Assembly: GCF_018977255.1 (NCBI RefSeq)
Contig: NW_024704742.1
Coordinates: forward strand, 47,494,001 to 47,558,000
Origin: Callorhinchus milii
Taxonomy: Eukaryota
DNA length: 64,000 bases
Reading direction: 5' to 3'
Positions 1 to 11,343 of the stretch are shown in pieces. Within the stretch, counting starts at the first letter, position 1; each line of letters opens with the position of its first letter. The notes below the pieces were generated by a model, which ran no database searches, was not told where the DNA came from, and worked only from the letters and a program-made list of their open reading frames with translations. The translations under genes and the position numbers were made by a program.

Positions 1-3000
1 CATAGTGATCTTCACAATTTAACAATATGTTTCCATGACACACCAAAAGTCGGAAATTCCACCTAGAAATAGCATGTATTTTGTCTTAAAATTGTATATC
101 CTGTGAAATTCTGGCGAATTCTTAATTTGGAAGCTGTTCTTTTCTTTAAGAACTGTGGAAAAGTGTTCCAAATTAAAATTTAAAAATGTAAAATTCTTAA
201 AATTTCACCCAGTCTTACAGGCTAAGACTAGCTGAAATTTCAGGCCTCTGGTGCTTAAAAAAAGCAATTTTTTGATAAGTTCTTAGAATGCGAAATAATG
301 TAATGAAAGCAATTGCATTATGATAGACCCCAGACATAAACTAAACACAATTTCTTAGATGACCCATGTGGCAAAACAATATCAATCCTATTTAAATTCT
401 TAATCTTGGAGGCATTAAATCACTGTGTGCACACAACAGCATTCCCATTGTATCACAACAGTAAATATAAGTATTGGTGTTTTCCAGCAGCTCTCTGCAC
501 TGTAGATAAAAACTTCTGTCGTGCAGTGGGAAATTCAAGCATTGCTTGATTACTCGTTTAGGGAGGAGAGAGAGAGAAACACAACAGTTCTTATTTTGAC
601 TGAGTTGAATGAACGTGAATACTGGGGAACAAAACATTCCATGCAATTAAGATATTGCTCGGCAGGGAGATCAGATTCATAGATTTACATAGATCGTACA
701 GCATGGAGCATGGAAACAGGCCATTTGTCCCAACTAGTCCATGCTGGTGCTTAAACCATACAAGTCTTCACCGATTCTTTATCCCCTCCCATATCCTTCT
801 ATTCCTTTCTCCCTTGTGTGTATGTGTATTCACAGGCAAGTTTTGCTTTGGTAGATTAGGATTGATGAATATCTGGGATATGCGAGTACAATGATCTGTG
901 GTAGCTGGCCTGCCAAATGAATTTGAGTCATTCTTTTTTTCTTTTAAAACAGTGGCACTGGCTTTCTGTACTTTAGAGGTGTGGGCATCTAGTATGTTAG
1001 CCTAGGAGTTTTTTTTAAACAAAAAACCCACTTGTAAAATGGGTGCAAATCAGGTAATGTTCACAACGTAAATAGTAAATGTGGTGACAGATTGTTTTGT
1101 TAAGTTTTATATAAAAAATTAGTCTCATTGCTTCATAAGAATTTTTTTAAAAAATTAATGTGGTAAAGTAAGGGTGTGGAACGAATATGAAACCTCTTGT
1201 TAGTAGTGAATGCCATGTATTGTGTCATTTACTGAGGTGGGAAGGGAAGGTTTGGACACTGTGCACAAACTTTCAACCAATTCTCACTGTTTAGATTTAC
1301 AGAATGTGAATTTTTACTTGTTTTGAGGGGGGAGGGTGTACCATATTTTTTAGATATTTGTTATTTTTGGGTGGAATAACCAGAGAGAGCATCAAGAAAC
1401 AATTGAAGCAAAGGCGAGAGATGCTGCACAGGTGAAATATATATTTTTGTATGTGGCAAAGATGATATTTTAGGGCACTGTACAAAGACAGTTACATTAA
1501 GCATTAATTGATCCCAAAAGAGTGGCTTGATGTGATTGACTGCTCGAAGCAACTCTATGCACCAACCAGGTCTGCTATGATGCATTATATTGCACATTAT
1601 ATTGTGAATCCTAAATGAAAATATTTACTTTTTTAATTTATTCCTTTGAACTTCTAGTTTTAATGTTAATATTTTAGAACTTTTATTGGTATAAATCTTT
1701 TTTCCACTAGAGATTTGCCGTAAGTGCTTGCATAACGCAACGTTCAATGCAGTATTTCTGAACTAGTTACAGTACAAATAAAATGTCCCTAACTACAGCA
1801 ACTTCTGATCTGCTGCCTGCTTAAAGAGAAGATCATAGTGATAGGGGTGGGGGGGAGTGGGGAAGGTGATTTAGAAAGCTTTTGCCAGCAATAATTAACC
1901 TTCTTTAAGAAGTCCTTACTTTGAGAACTAAAATTAAACACCCCAGTATCTTCACAAAAAAGACACAAAAAACAATGAATTTCAGAGTAGCTCGAACGAC
2001 AGGCATTTCATTCCATCCACAAAATTGTTCGATTGACTTCCCAGGTCGACTGTCCCTTGAATTTGCTTGCCTCAAGTTGGCCGACTGTGCTCAGATTTCA
2101 ACCAGACTGATAGGGTGGAAGGGAAAGTGAAGAGTGGAGGAGGATATTTGGGCAGTTCGTGTTGGTTGAGCCATTCATGGCATTTTTTTCTAAATAAAAA
2201 ACAGTTTGAATTTTCAAAGGTGCATTTTGCAATTTTTTCATTGCCCTCGTGATTTGTTGGAGGATTCTAATGTGTTCACCTCCAGTTTAAATAAATCCAT
2301 TAAGAGCTTAGAGTTATGATCTTTCATCAGAACTGAAAGCCTGGAAGCAGCTTGTTCAATCCAGAGGCCTAGAATTTCACCTTTTAGCTTCCAAGACCAT
2401 TTTGCCTCACAATTTAATATTGCGTAAGAGTGTGGAAAGTGCCTCATTTCAGTCTTAATTTGGAAGCAGGTTTCTGAGGAAAGATGGCTTCCAGATTAAG
2501 ACTAAAATTAATATATACTCATTATCTGATCCTTTGTGTGTGTCTGGTTAATGGTATTAAAATTTATAAACTTTGTAAAACGCTTGTTTTCTTGATCTGG
2601 CCTCATTTATTTCGTAAATGCTAATCAAGTACTTATCAAGCTCAGTCGTTTTGAGGGATAACAGAGGATCATGCCACAAATCTTAATCTATTCTCTTTTC
2701 AACGATGATTGACCTGCTCTTGATATCCAGCATTTTCTGGTTTTATTTTCAGCACTTTTTTTGGTACCTCATCCAAAAACATCATCTTCATTGGCTCTCT
2801 CACCCCGCCCTCCACCCGTGAAGATAATATTTACGGTTTAGAGACATCTCAGTTTATAATGTTCTACCTTGTGTGTGGCTAGTAATATTTCACCTGCTCA
2901 GCATCTCAGCATCTTGTTGCAACTCTGGACTGCACCAGCAGGTTTATTGCTGTTAGATTATAATAGGATAAAGTGTTGATGAGACGGAATAAGTAATTCT

Positions 3001-3270
3001 GGGTTTTCAAAAAGTCTTTTTAACTTTATTGAGGGAAAGGAAAAACAATAGTGCCTGCAGCCTGTAGAATTAAAGATGTGAAATTTTAAATACTTTTACT
3101 GTTTCTTTAACATTTCTAGGTTATTTGTCCTATGGGAGTTTAGTAATGACATTTTGTCATATCAAACTGTGAAAACAAATTTGTACTGTACAGTCTTATT
3201 CTATATTCAATATATATGTATTGTACATCTGTCAATAAATCTGTATATACATTAAAAAATGTGTTAGTCA
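1..3270 (+). other. Probable distal 3' UTR of the upstream gene (KLF3 expected by synteny)
   Basis: AT-rich, nearly free of LINE/SINE sequence, many TGTA motifs, ends in AATAAA (3234-3239) and ATTAAA (3251-3256). Identity is inferred only from the known KLF3-TLR10/1/6-FAM114A1-TMEM156 gene order; no coding sequence is visible. Confidence 0.5.
3234..3256 (+). terminator. Polyadenylation signals (AATAAA, ATTAAA)
   Basis: TGTA-rich upstream, ...GTCAATAAATCTGTATATACATTAAAAAAT..., GT/T-rich downstream. Confidence 0.55.
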
Positions 3271-3513
3271 TTTACTTGTCCATAAATATGTTGCATATTT
3301 TGAAATTGAGGAATTTCTGAATGGACTCAATTTTTCGATTAAAGAACAAGGTATTTTGAAATACCCACATCTGAATAATGTTAGTGCCATTATTCTTGGA
3401 TGGCGACTGCTGTTTTAAAGCCAGAGTTGCCTTTTGGTGTCAATTTACAAGATATCCATTTAGTTGTCATTATACTTTAAAGAAGCAGCATTGCCTCTAG
3501 TTTAACTCAATTT

Positions 3514-3770
3514 GTGTCAGCCTGGCTCAGTAGGTAGCACTCTCACCTCTGAGTCAGAAGGTAGTGAGTTCAAGCCCCACATTATCACCTGGAACTCACA
3601 GTCTAAGATGACACTCCAATTGCAATGTTGGAGGTGCCGTCCTTCAGATCTTATGGAGCGATTCAAAACAAAATTGGTTGCCGCATTCTTCCACAAACAG
3701 TCACCGCACTTTACATATATCCTGTGAAGTGCTTTGGGACGTTCTCCTGGCATAAAAGGCACTATACGAC
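3514..3770 (+). mobile_element. tRNA-derived Deu-domain SINE (SacSINE1-like), internally deleted
   Basis: Head TGGCTCAGTAGGTAGCACTCTCACCTCTGAGTCAGAAGG...GTTCAAG (A/B boxes); L2-like tail GTGCTTTGGGACGTTCTCCTGGCATAAAAGGCACTATA. Confidence 0.75.
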
Positions 3771-3959
3771 TATTAGCATTAATTTCTGCTTTATAATGTA
3801 ATGCCTCCATTTAATAACACAACAGCACTTTACATTTAGACAGCACTTTATTGTCTGAAGCAATTCACACAGCGGACTGTGAGTCCAACCCTGATGGGTT
3901 GCTGGTGAAGGTGGCCAACAGTGCAATCAAAAAACATCTCAAATCAACCCCGGTGATAA

Positions 3960-4975
3960 TGGAACAAATCTACTTCTCCTCCAGCTACGATTCCAGATCC
4001 ACCGATGTTCTCAGCTTGTCTGGTGGACATCAGAGCCTAGAAGAGTGAAAGCTTCCCAAAACTCAAGCCATGCTCATTGGCTCCCGTCGACGTCTTCTAT
4101 CCTGTGGCTCTGACTTCCTCAACCTTCCCGGCCTAGCCCTCAGACTTAACAAAAAGGCACACAACCTAGCCTTCAGATTCTTCCCTTCCCGCATCTGGTC
4201 CTCCACCTCTGTCATATTGCCCGTCTCCGACCATACCTTACCCTAGACGCAGCCAAAACACTCGTCCATGCGTTCATACCTTCCAACTGGACTTCTCAAA
4301 TGCTCTCTTGCCGGTCTCCCCAGTTCCACCAAGCATAGGATCCAACTGATCCAAAACTCTGCCGCCCACATACTCACCCGTACTAAACTGCGTACCCCCA
4401 TCACACCAGTTCCAGCCAAGCTCCACTGAATGGGTGGAATTCAAGATCCTCACATTGGTTTTCAAATGCCTTCATGCCCTGGCACCTCGCTACCTCTCTG
4501 ACCTGCTTACCCCACAATCCACTACCTACTGCCTCCGCTCGACTGTTTCTGGCCTGCTGCATGTCCCTCATGCCCTTCATTCCACCATTGGTGGCTGCGC
4601 TTTCAGCCTCTATGCCCCGAAAATCTGAAACACTCTTCCTCTATCCCTCCCTCTTGCCCTTTCCTTCCCCATTTTCAGGTAATTTCCCCCCTCGTCCCTC
4701 CCTCCCTTCCCTCCCCTCACCCTGACCATTTCCCCCTGCTCGGGTCCTGACCCAGCTGTGCAGCACCTTGGGACGTCTTCCTGACGTGAAAGGCGCTTTA
4801 TAAATGGAATCTTGTTGTTGTTGTTGTTGTCACGCGGAAGACCTTCCTATTCGACCGTGCCTACGGTCACCTCCCCCTCCATCCGGCTCGAAGTCGTGCT
4901 CCGCCACTGTCAAGCACTCTGGGACGCTGCCCAGCATGAGTGGTGCTATATAAATGCAAGTTGTTGTTGTTATTG
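3960..4975 (+). mobile_element. L2-clade LINE 3' fragment with a younger L2 tail nested at about 4685-4830
   Basis: ORF2 C-terminal remnants (EFKILTLVFKCLHALAPRYLSDLL); two separate (TTG)n tails; the older copy resumes after 4830. Confidence 0.85.
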
Positions 4976-5069
4976 TTCGAAAGAATTTGACTGACCTCAA
5001 TCAGAAGGTTAGGATGGGATGAAAGGCCTTCTTCATCCAAACCAATCTTGTGATCTTGTGCCATGGATC

Positions 5070-5965
5070 CGCGCAAACACTTTGCAAATAGTTGCTGTCA
5101 AGTGTTGTGACTGCTTTTGTCGGAATATACAGCAATGACCCACAAACAGCCATGAAGTGAATGATTAATTTTATTTGGGGGATCGTTGGCCAGGACACCG
5201 GGATAAACTCTCTTCTCTTCTGCCCTGTGGCTCTGACCTCCTCAACCTCCCCGAGCCCATCCTTCAGACTCACTGAACCAGTGCATAACCAAGGCATCAG
5301 GTTCGACCCACATCTTACCCCACATCCGGTCCCTGACGAGGACCGCCTTCCTCCACCTCCACCACATTGCCCGCTTACAACCGTACCTTACCCCAGACAC
5401 AGCTGAAACACTCGTCCATGTGTTCATCACCTCCCGCATCAACTATTCAAATGCTTGCCTCGCCTATCTCCCCAGTTCCACCATGCACAGGATCCAGCTG
5501 ATCCAAAACTCCGCCGCCTGCATACTCAGTTCCCACCAGGCTCCATTGGCTCCTAATCGACAAATGGATCGATTTTAAGATTCTCACACTTGTTTACAAA
5601 ACCCTTCAAACCCTGGCCTCTGCCTACCTCTCCAACCTACTTACTCCCTAACCCATTACCCGCTACCTCTGCTCGACTGGCTCCGGCCTCCTGCATGTCT
5701 CTCGTGCCCTCTGTTCCACCATCGGAGACTGCACTTTCGAATAATGGTATGAGATGTTTAATGTCCACCTAAACAGCCAGATGAGACTTCGGTTTAATGT
5801 GTCATCTGAAGTACAAAAATATTGCTTATGCAGCCCGTGGACATTTCTCAAATGTGGCAGCTGGCCCTCGACACCCAAAAGGTTGCATCAACTTGGCTTA
5901 GACTACGGAGGTTCAAGTCCTGACAACCCACAACTTTCTGACTCGGAGGCAAGTGTTACCATTTA
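5070..5965 (-). mobile_element. Deu-SINE (minus strand) split by a plus-strand L2 fragment (about 5221-5735)
   Basis: SINE sequence ...GGCCAGGACACCGGGATAAACTCTCTTCTCTTC breaks near 5220 and resumes at GAATAATGG...TCCACCTAAACAG near 5740. Confidence 0.7.
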
Positions 5966-6169
5966 GGCAGGCAGTCACACAGAGTTTATCTGCGCAATGT
6001 TTATCCACAATGGGCCCGATCCCAATTATTGTGGTTAATAATATATGAAAATAAATCCTTGCATTTCATACAGCACCTTATCACCTCTTTGAGATGTCTC
6101 AAAATGCTTCATGGGATTCACTGTGCAGTGTAGTGACTGTGCATTTTTGTCGGCTATAAACCATAAAAC

Positions 6170-7325
6170 AAATTGAACAACAACAAAATTACAAAATTAC
6201 ATTTATAGAGCGCCTTTCACGTCGGGAGGACGTCCCAAAGCTTTGAATAGTCAGACGTCAGGGCCCGAGCATGGGGGAGGAGGGGTGTAGGGGTGAGGGA
6301 AGGCAGAGAGGTGGGAGGGCGACGAAAGGCATGATCGAATAGAATGGTTTTGAGACCAGCCTTGAAGGAGGCAAGGGAGGAAGCGAGGCAAAGGGACTGA
6401 GGGATGGAGTTCCAGAGTGTGGGGGCAGAGAGGCTGAAAACCCGGCCACCGATGGTAGGGCGGGTCGTACGGGAGACATGGAGTGAGCCGGAGCTCACTG
6501 AACGGAGGGAGCGGGCAGATTGGTAGGGAGTCAGCAGGTCAGAGAGTAGGAGGGTGCAAGGCCATGGATGGCCTTGAAAGTGAGGACGAGGATCTTGAAC
6601 TTGCTCCTCTGAGGGATGGGGAGCCAGTAGAGTCGGGCGAGGGTGGGAGTGATGGGGTCACGGAGCCTGGTGCGTGAGTGTACACGAGCTGCAGAGTTAT
6701 GGATGATCTGCAGCTTGTGAAAGGAAGAGTTGGGAAGGCCGATGAGGAGGGAGTTTCCATAATTGAGCCTTGATGCAGCGAATGCGTGAGTGAGGATTTC
6801 GGCAGCCTGAGGGGTGAGGCAGTGGTGGAGTCTGGCAATGTTGCGGAGGTGGTGGTAGGCAGTGCTGGTCATGGCGCAGATGTGGGGGAGAAAGGTCAGT
6901 TCAGGGTCAAACAAGACACCCAGGTTCCTGACTGACTTAGTGAGGTTGAGCGTGGAGGCTGATGCTGCCAGCGCCCGAGCTGCAGAGGCGCTGGCTTGAG
7001 CCAATCAGAAGGGCCTCGGTATTGCTGACGTTGAGTTGGAGAAAGTTGTCCCTCGTCCAGGGCTTGACGTCGGACAGACAGTTGGTCAGGACGCCAGTAG
7101 TCCTGGAGTTGAGGGTGGAGGCAGAGAAATAGAGTTGGGTGTCATCCACATACATGTGGAAATTTACCCCATGTCTGCGGATGATGTCACCAACATCATC
7201 ATGTAGAGGGTGAAGAGGAGGGGACTGAGGACAGAGCCCTGAGGAACGCCGCACTAAACCTTACAGGGGCCGGAGTAGAAGCAGTTTGCTGTGATGAAAG
7301 TGGAGGCGGTGTGAAAGGTAGGACC
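6170..7325 (-). mobile_element. L2 LINE 3' part (end of RT domain plus C-terminus), frameshifted
   Basis: ORF fragments GVNFHMYVDDTQLY (YADD-like) and SRLNYGNSLLIGLP...LYWLPI; (CAA)n tail at about 6170-6190. Confidence 0.9.
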
Positions 7326-7799
7326 TGAATAAGGAATATGAAATGTATTCCCTGTGGACAGGTGGAAAGTTAAAAGAAGCTGGGTGTGTCTAGCAAATAG
7401 CCTGAAAATCTCCAGTCAAGACTTGCACCAACAAGCTTAATGATTCTCAGGAACATTTGATAACAAATCAAAATACATTAAGTACACCCATAACTCATTT
7501 GTAAGACTATATTTGCAATTTGCTGAGAACGTTTGGGCACCCTACCTTAGAAAAAGCACAAATGCTTTAACTAAGGTTTACAGTATAATTTGAGTAATTA
7601 AGATCTAACCTGTGAAGAGAAACTCACAGAAGTGAGCTTGCTTTAAAAGGAAGAAATTGATTAGGAGAGACATGATCATAGGCCTTAAAATGCTAAATAA
7701 AAGTGAGACGATGGAAATGTAATCTGTGATCGTAGAACTCAAAGATAAAAGTTTAAAAAAACAGCCTCAAGAGGGGACCCAGTGGAGTCAAAACTAACC

Positions 7800-8105
7800 A
7801 GCTGGGCTTGTGGGGAAATATCCGGTACCCAGAACAGGATTTGGCCATTTATCCTGAAAGGTTATAGGTTTGAACCTCTGGACTGTTTTTGTGTTAGCTG
7901 ATCTCAAGCACGCCACCATCATGGGGGCTTCTATTGGGCTCAGCGCTTCGGTTTGGGAAGGTGTCATTTTCCTACTCATGTTTCCTATCCAGAGATTCCT
8001 CCCAGAAAGTATGTGGTGTCAGGGAGAGGACAGGTTGGAGCTCAGTTGTGGTTCCCCCAGTGGCTTCCCAACACCGATTTTCAAGACTAACATGTGAAGA
8101 ATACA
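7800..8105 (+). mobile_element. Old SINE, AmnSINE2-like
   Basis: GTGTTAGCTGATCTCA...ATTGGGCTCAGCGC...GAGGACAGGTTGGAGCTCAGTTGTG...ACATGTGAAGA; related copies at about 8750-8880, 55460-55670 (-) and 56875-57240. Family name is from memory and needs a Dfam check. Confidence 0.55.
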
Positions 8106-8431
8106 ATACAATATAAATATACATTTACATGGAGCCTTTCATGTTGGGAAGACAGGGAACAGTCTATTTGAGGGAGTGTTTTTCAATCATAGAACCCGTC
8201 CACAGTAAGAGGAAAAGGAAGTCAAAATATATTTGGGAATTGGTGGTGTGGGGAGAGGGGCAGAGAAAATTGATTGTGGTGGAGAGTTATGAAAGAATAT
8301 AGTGTAAACATAATGAATTCCCATCAAATGTAGTTCATTCTATTCGGGTTAAGAGCTGCTTGAGCACCTAGGTGTGAATTGGACTGAAAGCATGATGGGC
8401 CAGTTGGCAAAGCCCTTGTTTAAAGTGAAAC

Positions 8432-8741
8432 TATAATAATAATAATCCTTGCATTTGATATAGCGCTTTTCACATCTTCTAGACATCTCAAAGCACTTCA
8501 CAGAATATGCTGTAAAGTGAATTGACCATATATTTGTGGGCGAAACGTGGCAGCCAATTGTGCACAGCAGTGTCCCACAAACAGTCGTGGATTGAAATGA
8601 CCAATTTATTATTGGTTTTTTTGGGGGGATTATTATTAGGCGTGTGGAGTAAGGAAACTTGCCCAAGGTTTCGCTCTGCCTGGAATTGAACCCAGGTGTC
8701 TCGCTTGCAAGCCGAGTGCTCTAACCACTGAGGTTAGGACT
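8432..8741 (-). mobile_element. tRNA(Ala)-headed SINE with Deu-like body and (ATT)n tail
   Basis: Reverse complement of the family seen at 29933 and 31540. Confidence 0.85.
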
Positions 8742-10059
8742 GAGGTTCACTTTCTGAGCTGTGTTAGTTGATCTCAGTCAATGTCATATTAAGGAAATAT
8801 AATTGTCTTCAGCACCGTGAACTAGGCAGGAAAAAAGATTACGGGCTCCCACACCCAACATTGTCCAGTGACTCTACTGAAAGGTGATGTGACAATTTTA
8901 CCTTGGTTACATTGGTCTAGTGTAGTTAGATCACCCTCTAGTGGCTTGTAACAAGTATAATGGATTGAAGTGTTTAAAATACTGTACAGTGCATCTATGA
9001 ATACTGAAAAAAGTATTTTTGACAATGGCGTTGTATTTCCGATCAGATATATGAAGCCTTAAAATTTCTCATGGTCTTAGCCTTGAATTTAAGATGGTGC
9101 AGAATTTTGAAAACTTCTTCAATGTAGTCTTCATTTTTATCTAGTTTTACCACCCACCAGTTCTCTGGAAGTTCGATTTAAATACACAATACAATACCAT
9201 TTCCATTTATATAGTAAACATATAGTTGATTAATTGAAATAAAAATCTCATGATTGCAGGATGTCTCAAAGCGCTTGACAATGCTGGATGAGCACCTGTG
9301 TTGGGATGTGGGAGCCTAGGGTGGTGAAGAGGTGAAAAATGGCCAAAAGTGCAGTCGCAGAGGTACAATTTGAGATATGCCCTGAATGAGGGGAGGGTGG
9401 GAGTGAGTTGGAGAGACTGTGTGATGCAGTTCCAGAGAGCAGGGGAGAATAAGTAACAGACAGCTCGTGTTATACAACATGAAACACAAATGGATTGACT
9501 ATTAACAGTATGAAGACTCTTTGAATAATCGTACAAAAGTCTAAAACTTGATCTCAGGGTCCAGATTTTTTTAAAAAACATTATAATAGAGTATCTCTCT
9601 TGTTTCAAAATATCCCAACCTATCTCAGATCGTAAAGTTAGATCAAAGCTTAAACTTTAAGTTTCTTCAAGAAAGTGAAATCCCAAGCTCCTGAGAAATA
9701 GGTGTGCTTTTATGAATGATGAAAAAAATTTTGTCTGCAAAAAAAAAGCACGCTGTGTCCATGGACTGCTTTTGGAATGGTCCATTTCACACCAAGCACT
9801 GGTTTAGGACATCAAATGAAAATGATGCACACTCAACGTATAATGTCATCAAAGAAAAACAGAACCCAAACTGGCAAATTGCTTGTCCATAAAACCAAGA
9901 ACTTAAACTTGTATCAGAAGGCCATTGAGACATGAATTTTATGCATGATTCAAGAGACAACAGTTTCTGTAGAAAGCTGCAAATTTCAGGAAAGTTGAGG
10001 TTAACACCTAAAAAAGACAGATTTATTGAACTGCATGGTTGCTTTCTGTTCTCCAAAGC

Positions 10060-10525
10060 TATAATAATATTCCTTACATTTGATACAGCGTCTTATCACG
10101 TTGTCCAGATCTCTCAAAGCGCTTCACAGATTGCAAAGCGTAGTGATTGTACATTTACTTTCATGTCGGGAGAACATCCCAAGGATTTGTAAGCAAATCC
10201 AGCAGACAATTTTCAAACAACGTCCGCACACAGCCATGAAGTAAATGACCAATTTTATCTGGAGGATTTTAGCCCAGATTGTTGGAACACCAAGAGAAAC
10301 TGGCTTCTCTTTTTGGACAGTGTAATGGATTTTTAACATCCACCTCTGAACAGAGGGGACCTCAGTTTTGCATGTCATCCAAAGGACGATACGTTCAACG
10401 ATGCAGGGATCCCCCAGCACTGTAGCGGAACGTCAGCTTAGGACTATGAGTTCAAAGAACCAATGTGGAGTTTGAACCCACAACTTTCTGACTCGGAGGC
10501 AAGAAAGTCACTAACTGAGCTAAAA
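10060..10525 (-). mobile_element. Deu-SINE (SacSINE1-like), near full length
   Basis: Tail AATAATAATATTCCTTACATTTGATACAGCG; head ...CTTTCTGACTCGGAGGC...CTAACTGAGCTA. Confidence 0.75.
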
Positions 10526-10909
10526 CTTACTGTAAAGTGTAGTGGACCATACATTTTTAAGCAACCGCATCAACCAATTTGCACATAGCAATCAATATTC
10601 CACAAATAGCCAGTAAGTGAATGAATAATTTAATTGATATACATTGATTGTCACAGCACAGAAATAAGCCATTCGGCCTAACAGACAGAGGAGACCGCAG
10701 TTTTGCATCTCATCCAAAGGACGATATCTCGAGCAATGCAGTGCTAACAAAGGTAATGTTCATGCTGGTGTTTATACTCCACACCAGCCTCTGCCCCTAA
10801 TTTTGTTCCCTGTACTCCTCTATACCCTTACAGTTTCAAACCTGCACATATCAAAAAGATGCAAACAGTAAAGAAATTAAAAGTTTTTGTACAGAATGAT
10901 GTTACTTGA

Positions 10910-11265
10910 AATTACATAGAATGTTACAGCACACATTTATTTGACCAACTAATCCATGCCAGTATTTATACTCCACATGAGCCTTTACTCCTCCTAATCC
11001 CTTTTCGCATAACCCTCGATTGACTTCTCCCGCATACATGCATCAAGTTTCTTCTCAAATACATTGATGCCTCTTGCTTCAATCACAGCTTCAAACAGTG
11101 AATTCCACATTTTCACCACCTTCTGCGTAAAGAAGTTCCCTCTAATACTCCTTTTAAATCTGCTACAGGCTATTTCTTATTTATGTCCCGCATTTAAGAC
11201 TGATCAATAAGTGGAACATCTTAGTGACACCCACCTTATCAAATGCTTATTACAATTTTAAACAC
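10910..11265 (-). mobile_element. Degenerate CR1 LINE 3' end just downstream of the TLR stop codon
   Basis: CATAGAATGTTACAGCAC tail; AATTCCACATTTTCACCACCTTCTGCGTAAAGAAG is the reverse of the CR1 FFTQRVV..WN segment. Confidence 0.6.
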
Positions 11266-11343
11266 AATTTAGTAAATAAGTGTTAAAAAAATGGATAAAT
11301 CCAAAGAGTGTATATTTGACATTTCTGGGACAATCTCTGCTTG

